DNA from: Chitinophagales bacterium
GTDB taxonomy: Bacteria; Bacteroidota; Bacteroidia; Chitinophagales; UBA10324
DNA length: 49,109 nt
Direction of reading: 5' to 3'
Assembly (NCBI GenBank): GCA_039920305.1
Contig: JBDSEA010000083.1
Location: 1-49,109 of the forward strand
Shown: positions 10,043 through 19,092 of the stretch, in pieces
How positions within the stretch are numbered: position 1 is the stretch's first letter
Layout: each line of letters starts with the position of its first letter
Translations under genes and position numbers: made by a program
Notes under the pieces: generated by a model
The model's database searches: none
Told to the model about the DNA's origin: nothing
The model's input: the letters and a program-made list of their open reading frames with translations, nothing else

Positions 10043-10651
10043 TCAGGCATCGAGTTTTTGTGAAAGCCTGAGATGCTGCGGACGTTTTTCAGGAACCTCT
10101 TCCACGAGGTTGTAGCGTGTCAGCACATCAATTACATGGTTGAAATACCTGGGGAACTCCTGATCAGAGCCGAATGAAATTTCTTTTATGGTTTCTTTTT
10201 TTAAGAGTTCTGCAGCAATATTTTCTTTTCTCCATAAAATGGTGATGATGGCCTGCCGTATCTCATCGATCCTTTCCTGGTTTAATGGACGATCCCTCCG
10301 CTCAAAAGACTTACTGACTGAAACCGATGGCAAAGGCATCTTTTTCTTTGCTAAATCATTTTTAGGATTCGCAACCGGGAGATTCTTTTTTACTGTTGCT
10401 TTCGCAGGCACTTCAGCCTTTTTTTTCACCTCCGCCTTTTTTTTCACTTCAGTTTTCCTGCTTTTTATTGCTTTTTTGCTTACCGGAGTGGTTTTTTCAA
10501 CAGGCTTGCTTTTCGAACGTGAGTTTTTTGAAGGTGAGCTTTTTGCAGGAAAGGACTTTTTAGCTGAAGACTTCACGGGTTTAGATGTGGATTTTTTGGT
10601 GGCCTTTTTATTTGCTGCCATTTGTAAGTTTTTTAGTGAGGAATAGTACAC
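10043..10651 (-). CDS. Lysine/serine/alanine-rich basic protein (histone H1-like N-terminal tail plus a roughly 90-aa globular C-terminal domain); function unknown
   Basis: 202-aa ORF between dnaE and trxA on the same strand. The N-terminal 110 aa or so are low-complexity K/S/A/P (KKATKKSTSKPVKSSAKK...KKKAEVKKKAEV). The C-terminus is ordered (ERIDEIRQAIITILWRKENIAAELLKKE...VIDVLTRYNLVEEV). The start may instead be the second Met at 10621. Confidence 0.6.
   Translation of the reverse strand: MYYSSLKNLQMAANKKATKKSTSKPVKSSAKKSFPAKSSPSKNSRSKSKPVEKTTPVSKKAIKSRKTEVKKKAEVKKKAEVPAKATVKKNLPVANPKNDLAKKKMPLPSVSVSKSFERRDRPLNQERIDEIRQAIITILWRKENIAAELLKKETIKEISFGSDQEFPRYFNHVIDVLTRYNLVEEVPEKRPQHLRLSQKLDA
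10409..10460. repeat. About 2.5 copies of an 18-nt tandem repeat inside the lysine-rich CDS
   Basis: Plus strand: cacttcagcctttttttt / cacctccgcctttttttt / cacttcagttttcctg. These encode KKKAEV-KKKAEV and the flanking RKTEV on the minus strand. Confidence 0.7.
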
Positions 10652-10669
10652 ATAAGCAGGGTGAATTAC

Positions 10670-13600
10670 TTAATTGAATCTGATCGCTAACTCAGGGATC
10701 AAATTTATTTCTTTCATGAAATCATCGCTCAAATTTACACCTGACTGGGCTGTTTTCATATTCAGCGAAAAGTTTTCACTGAAATCATTTACCTGGATTG
10801 AAATGGGAAAATTTCCCCTGTATTTCGTTACAAGCTCACCAATAGTAGTTATTAATGTATCATTTACATCATTCAGCGCGAAACTCACCGTTACTTTTTT
10901 AGCCATTTTTTCTCGCACATCCTGAAGCAGCTGAGTAGAAGAAATCTTAAGTTCCCACCGGTCGTCGGCATTGTATCGAAGCTGGTACTTCCCTTTTATG
11001 AACAGCATGTTCCCCTCACCCAGCAAATGCTTGTGCTTCAAATAGTCCTCACCCCATAAAATCATTTCTGTTGCACCGCTGAAATCTTCAAGGTTGAATA
11101 CTCCGAATGGCTTTCCGTTTTTACTCATTTTTTGCTCAGCTGAAGTTACAATGCCGGCAATGGCAACCTCCTGATTTTTAAAATTTTCCATCTCAGCTAC
11201 CTCACAGGTACAAAAATTCTGCATTTCCAGCCTGTAATCTTCAAGCGGATGGCCGGAAAGGTACATCCCGGTAACTTCCTTCTCCCGCTTCAGCTTGACC
11301 AGGGGCTGCCATGGAATGCTGCCTGGCAATAAGGGTGTTGCCATTTTATCATGAGCCATTTCACCAAACAGGGATTGAAGGTGTCCGTTTGTTTTGTTCT
11401 GCTCGGATGAGCCGAACTTCATCGCCTTCTCGATCACAGAAATATTTTCATTGGGCATTACAGCAAAATACTGTGCACGGTGTGTCCCCTCAAAACAATC
11501 GCACGCACCTGACGCAGCCAGGGATTCGAGGGCATTTTTCTTTAACGCGCGGTTGCTGACCCGCCTGGCCAGGTCAAAAATGCTTTTAAATGGTCCATTC
11601 ATTTCCCGCTCCTCAACAATGGCTGATACAGCTGCTTCGCCAATTCCTTTTATAGCTGAAAGCGAGAAGCGGATCTCTCCGTTTTTATTTGCAGCAAATT
11701 TGATTTTGCTTTCATTAAGGTCGGGTCCCAGCGTTTTTATTTTGCACCGCTTGGTTTCGTTGAGGTAGAACTGAATATTGTCAATCGAGCCATTGTAATT
11801 CGAAAGGGTAGCTGCCATAAATTCTGGTCCATAGTTCGCCTTCAGGTAGGCAGTCTGATAGGCAATGAGGGCATAACCGGCAGAGTGTGAGCGATTGAAG
11901 CCATACTCCGCAAACTTTTCCATAATGGTAAAAACCTCATCTGCAGCCTTTCCATCAATTTCTTTTGCTCTTGCGCCATCAACAAAAATGCTCCGGTGCT
12001 TCTGCATTTCTTCCTTGTTTTTCTTTCCCATTGCTCTCCGCAGCAGGTCAGCACCACCGAGGGAGTACCCTGCCATTGCCTGTGCGACCTGCATGATCTG
12101 CTCCTGGTAAACCATGATGCCATAAGTGGGCTTCAGGATCTCTTCCACCAGAGGGTGGGGATAATTAACTTTCTGCAGGCCATGCTTTCGCTTGATGTAA
12201 TCAGGAATGAAGTTCATGGGCCCCGGACGGTAAAGGGCGTTCATGGCGATCAGGTCTTCAATGTGGGTTGGCTTCAGGTCCTTCAGATACTTCCTCATAC
12301 CCGGCGATTCAAACTGAAAGATACCAATAGTATCACCCCGCTGGAAAAGCTCAAATGTTTTTTGATCGTCGAGCGGCAGCTTGTCGAGGTCAATTTCCAC
12401 AGAGTGATTTTGCTTGATGTTTGCCAGTGCATCCCTGAGAATGGAGAGCGTTTTCAGTCCGAGAAAATCCATCTTTAGCAACCCTGCATCTTCAATGAGC
12501 TTGCCCTCATACTGTGTAACAAGCAGTTCTGGTATGGGAGATGATGATTGCTCTTCAGAAGGAAAACCAGATTTTTTTTCGTCCCGCTTTGAAGTTGCTT
12601 TTTCCTTTGCAGGCATTACAGGAATAAGGTTGCGGATATCTTCAGGCGCAATGATCACGGCTGAGGCATGTACTCCTGAATGACGTGTGCAACCCTCAAG
12701 CGTCTGAGCGATCTTCAATGTTTTTTTAATAAGCGGGTCAGGACTGTTTCGCAGCTGGGACAGTTCGGCAGACTCATTGAATGCACGAAGAAAACTCATG
12801 CCCGGAACTTCCGGAATCAGCTTTGCGATCCGGTTTGATTCAGGAAGCGGAAGGCCAAGAACGCGCGCTACGTCCCTTATTCCCGTTTTTGGACCCATGG
12901 TACCGAAGGTGACGATCTGCGCTACCTGGTGCTTACCATATTTCTTCACCACATAATCAATAACACGCTGCCGGCCTACATCATCAAAATCAATATCCAT
13001 ATCGGGCATGGTTACCCGCTCTGGATTCAAAAATCGCTCAAAGAGCAGGTTATACTGAAGCGGATCCACATTGGTGATGCCGATACAATATGCCACTGCT
13101 GAGCCTGCTGCTGAACCCCTGCCCGGGCCTACCCATACACCAAGTTTTCGCGCAGCATCAATGAAATCCTCCACGATGAGAAAGTAACCGGCAAAACCGG
13201 TAGTTGCAATGATGCTCAGCTCATGGGTGAGCCGGTCTTTTACGGCAATGGTTATTTCAGGATACCTGCGGTATGCACCCTGCCACGTCAGGTGCTCGAG
13301 GTACTCCTGCTCAGTTTTAAACTGATCAGGAATCTTAAAGAATGGAAGCAGGATATTTTTTTTAAGCTGTAGATTCTCAATCTTCGAAACAATCTCCATC
13401 GTGTTGTCCAGCGCTTCCGGCAAGTCGGGAAAGCGCTGCTCCATCTGTGACTTCGTTTTAAAGAAAAACTGATCATTGGAGAACTTCATACGCTTTTCAT
13501 CGGCAACGAGCTTATTGGTTTGCAGGCAAAGCAAAATGTCCTGGGCCTCTGCATCTTCCTGGTTAATATAATGAGAATCATTGGTTGCAATGATCTTTAC

Positions 13601-14218
13601 ATGATACTTCCGCGCAAACCGGAGCAACACCTGGTTCACTTTGTCCTGTTCAGGAATTCCATGCCGCTGGAGCTCAATGTAATAGTCATCTCCAAAAACA
13701 TCAAGCCATTCCCTGAAGACTTTTTCTGCTTCCTCTTCACTTTTGTAGAGAATGTGCTGCGGAATAATTCCACCCAGGCAGCAGGTGGTGGCGATAATTC
13801 CATCATGATTCTTCCTGAGCAATTCAAAGTCAATGCGGGGATAGTAATACATACCCTCTGTGAAACCGAGCGAGCAAAGCCTGATCAGGTTTCGATAGCC
13901 GGTGTCATTTTTAGCGAGAAGAACCTGGTGAAAAGCCTTTTTGCCTTTCGATCCGTCTTCATCGTTGCCAAAACCCGGAAGCACTTCCCGCCTGGTCCTG
14001 TCAAAGGTGAAATAGAATTCGCAGCCAATAATGGGTTTGATATTTTTCTTCTGAGCTTCCTTTACAAACTCAAACACGCCAAACATATTTCCATGATCGG
14101 TGATAGCAATCGCTTGCATGTTGTCATCCACCGCTTTTTTAATGAGGGTTTTAATATCGGCTGCTCCATCAAGCAGAGAGTATTGGGTGTGGCAGTGGAG
14201 GTGGCAGAAATCCGGCAT
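10670..14218 (-). CDS. dnaE: DNA polymerase III subunit alpha
   Basis: 1182 aa. N-terminal PHP domain (FCHLHCHTQYSLLDGA), polymerase core (GPGRGSAAGSAVAYCIGITNVDP, FERFLNPERVTMPDIDIDF) and a C-terminal OB-fold region. Confidence 0.97.
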   Translation of the reverse strand: MPDFCHLHCHTQYSLLDGAADIKTLIKKAVDDNMQAIAITDHGNMFGVFEFVKEAQKKNIKPIIGCEFYFTFDRTRREVLPGFGNDEDGSKGKKAFHQVLLAKNDTGYRNLIRLCSLGFTEGMYYYPRIDFELLRKNHDGIIATTCCLGGIIPQHILYKSEEEAEKVFREWLDVFGDDYYIELQRHGIPEQDKVNQVLLRFARKYHVKIIATNDSHYINQEDAEAQDILLCLQTNKLVADEKRMKFSNDQFFFKTKSQMEQRFPDLPEALDNTMEIVSKIENLQLKKNILLPFFKIPDQFKTEQEYLEHLTWQGAYRRYPEITIAVKDRLTHELSIIATTGFAGYFLIVEDFIDAARKLGVWVGPGRGSAAGSAVAYCIGITNVDPLQYNLLFERFLNPERVTMPDMDIDFDDVGRQRVIDYVVKKYGKHQVAQIVTFGTMGPKTGIRDVARVLGLPLPESNRIAKLIPEVPGMSFLRAFNESAELSQLRNSPDPLIKKTLKIAQTLEGCTRHSGVHASAVIIAPEDIRNLIPVMPAKEKATSKRDEKKSGFPSEEQSSSPIPELLVTQYEGKLIEDAGLLKMDFLGLKTLSILRDALANIKQNHSVEIDLDKLPLDDQKTFELFQRGDTIGIFQFESPGMRKYLKDLKPTHIEDLIAMNALYRPGPMNFIPDYIKRKHGLQKVNYPHPLVEEILKPTYGIMVYQEQIMQVAQAMAGYSLGGADLLRRAMGKKNKEEMQKHRSIFVDGARAKEIDGKAADEVFTIMEKFAEYGFNRSHSAGYALIAYQTAYLKANYGPEFMAATLSNYNGSIDNIQFYLNETKRCKIKTLGPDLNESKIKFAANKNGEIRFSLSAIKGIGEAAVSAIVEEREMNGPFKSIFDLARRVSNRALKKNALESLAASGACDCFEGTHRAQYFAVMPNENISVIEKAMKFGSSEQNKTNGHLQSLFGEMAHDKMATPLLPGSIPWQPLVKLKREKEVTGMYLSGHPLEDYRLEMQNFCTCEVAEMENFKNQEVAIAGIVTSAEQKMSKNGKPFGVFNLEDFSGATEMILWGEDYLKHKHLLGEGNMLFIKGKYQLRYNADDRWELKISSTQLLQDVREKMAKKVTVSFALNDVNDTLITTIGELVTKYRGNFPISIQVNDFSENFSLNMKTAQSGVNLSDDFMKEINLIPELAIRFN

Positions 14219-14296
14219 CTTTTGTTGTGTGTCTTTTACAGTGGTAATTCTTAATCTCCCTGAATTATTAGTAATACTGTTTAAACCTAAAGCAAA

Positions 14297-14629
14297 TTAT
14301 TTAGCCGCGTATCCCAGCTCTTTTAACATATTCACCACCTTATCCCTCATCTCTCCTTGTATTAAAATCAACCCGTCTTTAACACTTCCGCCGGTGCCGC
14401 ATTTTTGTTTTAAGGTTTTTGCGAGCTGCCGCAAGTCTACTTCTTTTCCAATGAAGCCATTAATAATCGTAACAGTTTTTCCACCTCTGTGATGCTTCTC
14501 TATCCGAACCCGCAATTGCTGCTTTGGATGGGGTAATGATTCAGGAGCGGGTTCTTCCGCATTCAGATATTGATACTGCGGATCAGTAGAATAGACCACA
14601 CCCTGAAGATGTTTGTTTTTGTTCGGCAT
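14297..14629 (-). CDS. Translation initiation factor SUI1/YciH family
   Basis: The C-terminal SUI1 domain reads LRVRIEKHHRGGKTVTIINGF...LAKTLKQKCGTGGSVKDGLILIQGEMRDKVVNMLKELGY. I prefer the internal Met (MPNKNKHLQG, ATG at 14629) over the track start at 14734. Confidence 0.85.
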   Translation of the reverse strand: MPNKNKHLQGVVYSTDPQYQYLNAEEPAPESLPHPKQQLRVRIEKHHRGGKTVTIINGFIGKEVDLRQLAKTLKQKCGTGGSVKDGLILIQGEMRDKVVNMLKELGYAAK

Positions 14630-14784
14630 CTGATTGATAAAGTAAATATTTAAGGGAAAATTTCTCTTTCCAAAATTAAGTGAACGGAAAAAAAAGTAAA
14701 CAGAATTTTTTGCACAGCTCCGGGATATTACCATATGCTTCTATAAGCCATGCATTCAGAAATCCATTCCCGGGGAAATCCCGG

Positions 14785-15534
14785 ATGCATCATTTGCAAA
14801 ACGATGCTGGAATCCAGTTCGTAAATAATGATGTGAAATATCCATTGATTTCATTTCCCTTTTTGTTTTTACTGCTGCCGCTATCTTCGGCATCTCAAAA
14901 TACTTCAATGCCGGCAAAAGAGCTGACCATGCTTTGCCTTGGTGATTCCTACACCATTGGCGAAAGTGTTCATGAAGCTGATCGCTTTCCAAATCAGGCA
15001 GTATTACTTCTGCATAGCAGTGGAATTTTTCTGGCGAAACCTCATATTATTGCTGCAACAGGATGGACGACTGATGAGCTGATGAATGCAATTCAGCGTG
15101 ATAATCTTCTCAGGGAGTATCCCTCTGAAAGGGCTGCCTTTGATTTTGTAACCCTGCTCATCGGGGTAAACAACCAGTACAGAAGCAGGGATCTGGAAAG
15201 TTACCGGAAAGAATTTTCCGGGCTTCTTGACCTGGCAATCACATACGCAGGAGGAAAAACAAATCATGTCATTGTGCTTTCCATTCCTGACTGGGGTGTG
15301 ACTGCATTTGCTGAAGGCCGTGACAGAAAAAAGATCTCTTTGGAGATTAATCAATTCAATGCGGTGAATAAGGAAGAAAGCAGGAAGCGCAAAGTGCATT
15401 ACATTGACATAACAGTATATACCCGCAGGCATCCTGAATGGGTTGAAGCCGACGGCTTGCATCCTGATTCGCGGCAATATGAGCCATGGGCACAGGAAGT
15501 AAAACAGGTGATCATGCAGGAAATAAGAAAATGA
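14785..15534 (+). CDS. SGNH/GDSL-family hydrolase (secreted)
   Basis: Block I is LCLGDSYTIGE, block III is GVNNQY and block V is DGLHP. The start is uncertain: track 14680, ATG 14785, or GTG 14833, which gives a clean signal peptide (M)KYPLISFPFLFLLLPLSSA. Confidence 0.8.
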   Translation: MHHLQNDAGIQFVNNDVKYPLISFPFLFLLLPLSSASQNTSMPAKELTMLCLGDSYTIGESVHEADRFPNQAVLLLHSSGIFLAKPHIIAATGWTTDELMNAIQRDNLLREYPSERAAFDFVTLLIGVNNQYRSRDLESYRKEFSGLLDLAITYAGGKTNHVIVLSIPDWGVTAFAEGRDRKKISLEINQFNAVNKEESRKRKVHYIDITVYTRRHPEWVEADGLHPDSRQYEPWAQEVKQVIMQEIRK

Positions 15535-15545
15535 ATAGAGGCAAT

Positions 15546-16736
15546 TTATTGAAGTAATAATTTACCTGCTTCAGAAATTCCGGTTTCTTCTCTCGCTTCA
15601 TAAAGAAAAATTCCTTCCCCAAAAATTTTCGCGCTGATCAACAATTCATGGTTGCTCTCATTTAGCGCCGTGGAAAAAATTTTTCTTCCATTCAAATCAT
15701 AAATAGAAAATGTTGCAGAGGAAAACAGATGGTGAATCAAAATGCTTTGCCCGGGTATTTCACTAACAAAGAAATCTTTTTGATATACCGGGCTGTTCCC
15801 TGTAGGAATCGCAGAAGTATCCGGACAGTATTCCCACCAGTCATTGTAATAATTAGCTTGCTCACCAAGGCCTGCATACCCTTTTGCACCAATGGTAACT
15901 CCAACGCCAAATGCGCGGGGCGCTCCGCCAAAATCCGCTTTTTGAATCCAGGTATCAGAAAACTCATCCCAGCCCCAGAAATCACTGAAAGAATTCTGCT
16001 GATCACTTCCACCTCCGATATAACCTGTGTCTTTGATGGCAAATGAAAAGGCGGCATCCTGCCCGCTTCCGGGATAATCTGACTTTTGAGTCCACATATC
16101 CGTTTCAGGATTGTACTCATAAAAATCGTGATATAATGTTCCGGAGTATGCTCCAATGCCAATGTAGCCCCTTCCTTTTATGGTGAATGATATGCACTCA
16201 TATCTTGCATCACCGGGGAAATCCGTTTTCTGTGTCCAGGTATCTGTGTCAGGATCATACTGCCAGAAATCCTTAAGATATCCGTAGTCATTTACGCCGG
16301 TACCTACGTACCCCTTAGTGCTGACAGCGAGGCCTACAGCATACCTTCTTGCTGCCGCCGGCGGCAAGGATGCAATTGGCACCCACGAATTGGCAGAAGG
16401 ATCATAGGAGTAAAAATCACTTGTGTTGAAATTGTTGTTCACATCATACCCCGTGCCTACATAGCCAATATTATTTACTGTAAAACCCACTGCTGAAAAA
16501 CGTTCTGTCCCTATAAAGTCTGCCTTCTGCGTCCAGGTATCAGCAGCCGGGTCATATTCCCACCAGTCCTTATAAAAATTTCCATTATACCCGGTGCCGG
16601 TATATCCCTTATCTCCTATTGCAATAGCTACTGCTGACCGTCGCGCAGAGCCTCCAAAGTTGGCTTTCTGAGTCCATGTTTGTGACCGGGAAGTGAACGG
16701 CAGCAGGAGAATAAAAAGCAAGGTGATTGATTTCAT
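15546..16736 (-). CDS. Secreted Kelch-like beta-propeller repeat protein with T9SS type-A C-terminal sorting domain
   Basis: Signal peptide MKSITLLFILLLPFTSRS. Six or seven repeats of about 48 aa follow, of the form W(T/I)QK.DF.G..R...(V/I)....KGY.G.G......Y.D(F/W)W.Y(D/N)P..D.W. The C-terminal 75 aa or so (FSIYDLNGRKIF...GIFLYEA...GKLLLQ) match a Por/T9SS CTD. Confidence 0.75.
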   Translation of the reverse strand: MKSITLLFILLLPFTSRSQTWTQKANFGGSARRSAVAIAIGDKGYTGTGYNGNFYKDWWEYDPAADTWTQKADFIGTERFSAVGFTVNNIGYVGTGYDVNNNFNTSDFYSYDPSANSWVPIASLPPAAARRYAVGLAVSTKGYVGTGVNDYGYLKDFWQYDPDTDTWTQKTDFPGDARYECISFTIKGRGYIGIGAYSGTLYHDFYEYNPETDMWTQKSDYPGSGQDAAFSFAIKDTGYIGGGSDQQNSFSDFWGWDEFSDTWIQKADFGGAPRAFGVGVTIGAKGYAGLGEQANYYNDWWEYCPDTSAIPTGNSPVYQKDFFVSEIPGQSILIHHLFSSATFSIYDLNGRKIFSTALNESNHELLISAKIFGEGIFLYEAREETGISEAGKLLLQ

Positions 16737-16867
16737 GAAACTAAATTAGCATAATCATTCAAATGAAGGTTATCTTTTACAAAAGGTTTAGGAATTCCTT
16801 AATCCTTGTTGAAAATAAATACAGAAAAAATTCTCACTTATTTTTATGCACTCCAATTTATCAATCA

Positions 16868-17527
16868 ATGCAAAAGCTTTTGTTATTTATGCTGCCACTC
16901 CTGCTTCTTTCTTTCAGAGCAAAAGAGAAGCGTTCAACAATAGAGATCAACACTGATTACGGAGTGATCAGGGTGATGCTCTACAACGAAACTCCACTGC
17001 ATCGTGACAATATTCTTTCCAAGGTGCGCGCACATTTTTACGATAGCCTGATGTTTCATCGGGTGATCAGGGAATTCATGATTCAGGGGGGCGATCCTGA
17101 ATCAAAAAATGCTCCTGCAGGCACCATGCTGGGCAATGGTGACGCGCCCGGTGACCGGATTCCTGCAGAATTTAATCCTGCTTTGATACATAAAAAGGGT
17201 GTTATTGCGATGGCCCGTGATGATAATCCGCAGAAGGCATCCAGCAATTGCCAGTTTTATATTGTGGAAGGAAAAAAGGCAACCGATGAGGAACTGAACA
17301 GCATTGAAAAGCGAACCGGTATTAAATATACAGCTGAACAGCGTGAGGTTTATAAAACCATGGGTGGCACTCCGCGACTCGATCAGGCATACACAGTATT
17401 CGGTGAAGTTTACGATGGACTTAATGTGGTTGATTCTATTGCTCAGGTGGCAAAAGATCGAAATGATCGTCCTGTTAAGGATGTTCGCATGACAATTAAG
17501 GAGGGAAAAAAGATAAAAGTTAAATGA
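16868..17527 (+). CDS. Cyclophilin-type peptidyl-prolyl cis-trans isomerase (exported)
   Basis: Contains FHRVIREFMIQGGDP and NSNCQFYIV-type motifs. Start at the internal ATG 16868 gives signal peptide MQKLLLFMLPLLLLSF. The track start 16763 adds an implausible N-terminal extension. Confidence 0.9.
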   Translation: MQKLLLFMLPLLLLSFRAKEKRSTIEINTDYGVIRVMLYNETPLHRDNILSKVRAHFYDSLMFHRVIREFMIQGGDPESKNAPAGTMLGNGDAPGDRIPAEFNPALIHKKGVIAMARDDNPQKASSNCQFYIVEGKKATDEELNSIEKRTGIKYTAEQREVYKTMGGTPRLDQAYTVFGEVYDGLNVVDSIAQVAKDRNDRPVKDVRMTIKEGKKIKVK

Positions 17528-17613
17528 GCTGAACTTCATGTGAAAGGGACGGGAAGTAAGAATGTTTATCCGCAAATCGATATTTTTTTACTTTTCACAT
17601 GTAAGACTGCTAT

Positions 17614-19092
17614 ATGACCCAATTCCTTTTAAAACGCCTCCTGCTTTTTATTCCTACCCTTATCATTATTTCACTCATTGCCTTCATCATTAGTGTGAAT
17701 GCGCCCGGTGATCGGGTTGAGCAAATGATGTCCTCCACAGAATCAGGCGGGAACTTGTTTCAAGCCGGGGAGACATTACAATTACAGCAGCGTAAACTCA
17801 TGGCTCATCAGCTCGGACTGGATCTGCCCATGTTTTATTTAAGCATAACACCTGCATCCTTTCCTGATACGCTCTATAAATTTTATGATCAGGAGGAGCG
17901 GGATGCCATGAAATCACTTTTGTATCAATTCGGAAACTGGGATCTGATTCAAAGCTATCATTCATCAATCAAAACGCTGCTATCTCATCTTGATCATGTG
18001 AAACCGGATTCACATGATCAAGAAATATTTTCAAAAAATGAAATTCACCACGCGGTCAGTCAGGCACTATTCAATATCGCGGCATTACAAAAGTCATCTC
18101 AGCCAAATTCTATTTCCGCAAAAGCGGCAGAGCTTCAGAAACAATTTTCAGCATATCCTTTTTTTGGCTTCTTGCAAAACGACCTTGGCATCATGCTGCA
18201 AAAGCTGGAATTGTTGAGAACGACTGCACCTCCGCTGAGTTTTTTTATACCGGCTATTCATCTCTATCCTGACAATCAGTATCACCGGTGGCTTTTCGGT
18301 GACGGGGTAAATTCTGATGGACTGATTCGCGGGGATCTTGGAACTTCGCTGGTAAGCCGCATGCCGGTAAATGAAATCATCTGGAAGCATATCGGCTGGT
18401 CATTGCTTTTCACATTTATTTCTGTAATACTGGCTTACCTGATAAGCTTACCGGCGGGTGTCTATGCTGCAGTAAAACACGGCTCTGCATTTGATCACAG
18501 TACTTCTGTGATCTTTCTCCTGCTGCACTCACTTCCTTCCTTCTGGGTTGCAACACTGCTGATCATCTCCTTTGCAAACCCTGATTTGCTGTTCTGGTTT
18601 CCGGCCTCCGGGGTTAAGCCCATGTCAGGGTATCCGCAGGATGCTTCGGTGTTTGAAAAAATAAAACTTTCCCTGCCGTATTTAATACTTCCTTCTATCG
18701 CATATACTTACAGCTCACTTGCATTTCTAAGCCGCCTGACACGCAGCTCCATGTTAGAAGTTATGCAGCAGGATTTTGTACGGACTGCCCGGGCCAAGGG
18801 ATTGAGTGAGCGAACAGTAATCCTTAAGCACGCTTTCAGAAACGCTTTGCTTCCAATCATTACCGTTTTTGCAAATATTTTTCCCCTTGCTCTTGGTGGC
18901 TCAATAATCCTGGAATCCATCTTTTCCATTCCGGGAATGGGACTTGAAACTTATCATGCCATACAAAATCAGGATTATCCGATGATCATTGGTGTATTTA
19001 CGCTCACCGGGGTCCTTACGCTTACAGGCTATCTTATTGCTGATGTTTTGTATGCTATAGCAGATCCGAGGATCTCATTTTCTAATCAATGA
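17614..19092 (+). CDS. ABC transporter permease, DppB/OppB-like, with a very large extracytoplasmic loop
   Basis: 492 aa. The N-terminal TM (LLFIPTLIIISLIAFII) is typical of BPD_transp_1 peptide permeases. The C-terminal core carries the EAA-type loop (MQQDFVRTARAKGLSERTVILKHAFRNALLPIIT). About 230 aa separate TM1 from TM2. Confidence 0.85.
   Translation: MTQFLLKRLLLFIPTLIIISLIAFIISVNAPGDRVEQMMSSTESGGNLFQAGETLQLQQRKLMAHQLGLDLPMFYLSITPASFPDTLYKFYDQEERDAMKSLLYQFGNWDLIQSYHSSIKTLLSHLDHVKPDSHDQEIFSKNEIHHAVSQALFNIAALQKSSQPNSISAKAAELQKQFSAYPFFGFLQNDLGIMLQKLELLRTTAPPLSFFIPAIHLYPDNQYHRWLFGDGVNSDGLIRGDLGTSLVSRMPVNEIIWKHIGWSLLFTFISVILAYLISLPAGVYAAVKHGSAFDHSTSVIFLLLHSLPSFWVATLLIISFANPDLLFWFPASGVKPMSGYPQDASVFEKIKLSLPYLILPSIAYTYSSLAFLSRLTRSSMLEVMQQDFVRTARAKGLSERTVILKHAFRNALLPIITVFANIFPLALGGSIILESIFSIPGMGLETYHAIQNQDYPMIIGVFTLTGVLTLTGYLIADVLYAIADPRISFSNQ

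Noticed and set aside
10188-10646. 152-aa plus-strand ORF rich in F/L/S
   Set aside because: It is the mirror image of the lysine-rich minus-strand gene (AAA/AAG codons read as TTT/CTT). The minus-strand reading fits the dnaE-trxA operon orientation.
13520-14254. 244-aa plus-strand ORF (with 11394..11768, 11996..12478, 12414..12683 and others) antisense to dnaE
   Set aside because: These are fully embedded antisense to a highly conserved polymerase gene, with no motifs. Long antisense ORFs are a common artefact of codon bias.
15004-15477. 157-aa minus-strand ORF inside the SGNH hydrolase gene, and 15729..16046 / 15737..16162 inside the Kelch-like gene
   Set aside because: They overlap genes that have clear catalytic or repeat motifs, and they have no features of their own.
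17102-17575. 157-aa minus-strand ORF antisense to the cyclophilin gene
   Set aside because: The opposite strand carries unmistakable cyclophilin motifs, and this ORF has none.
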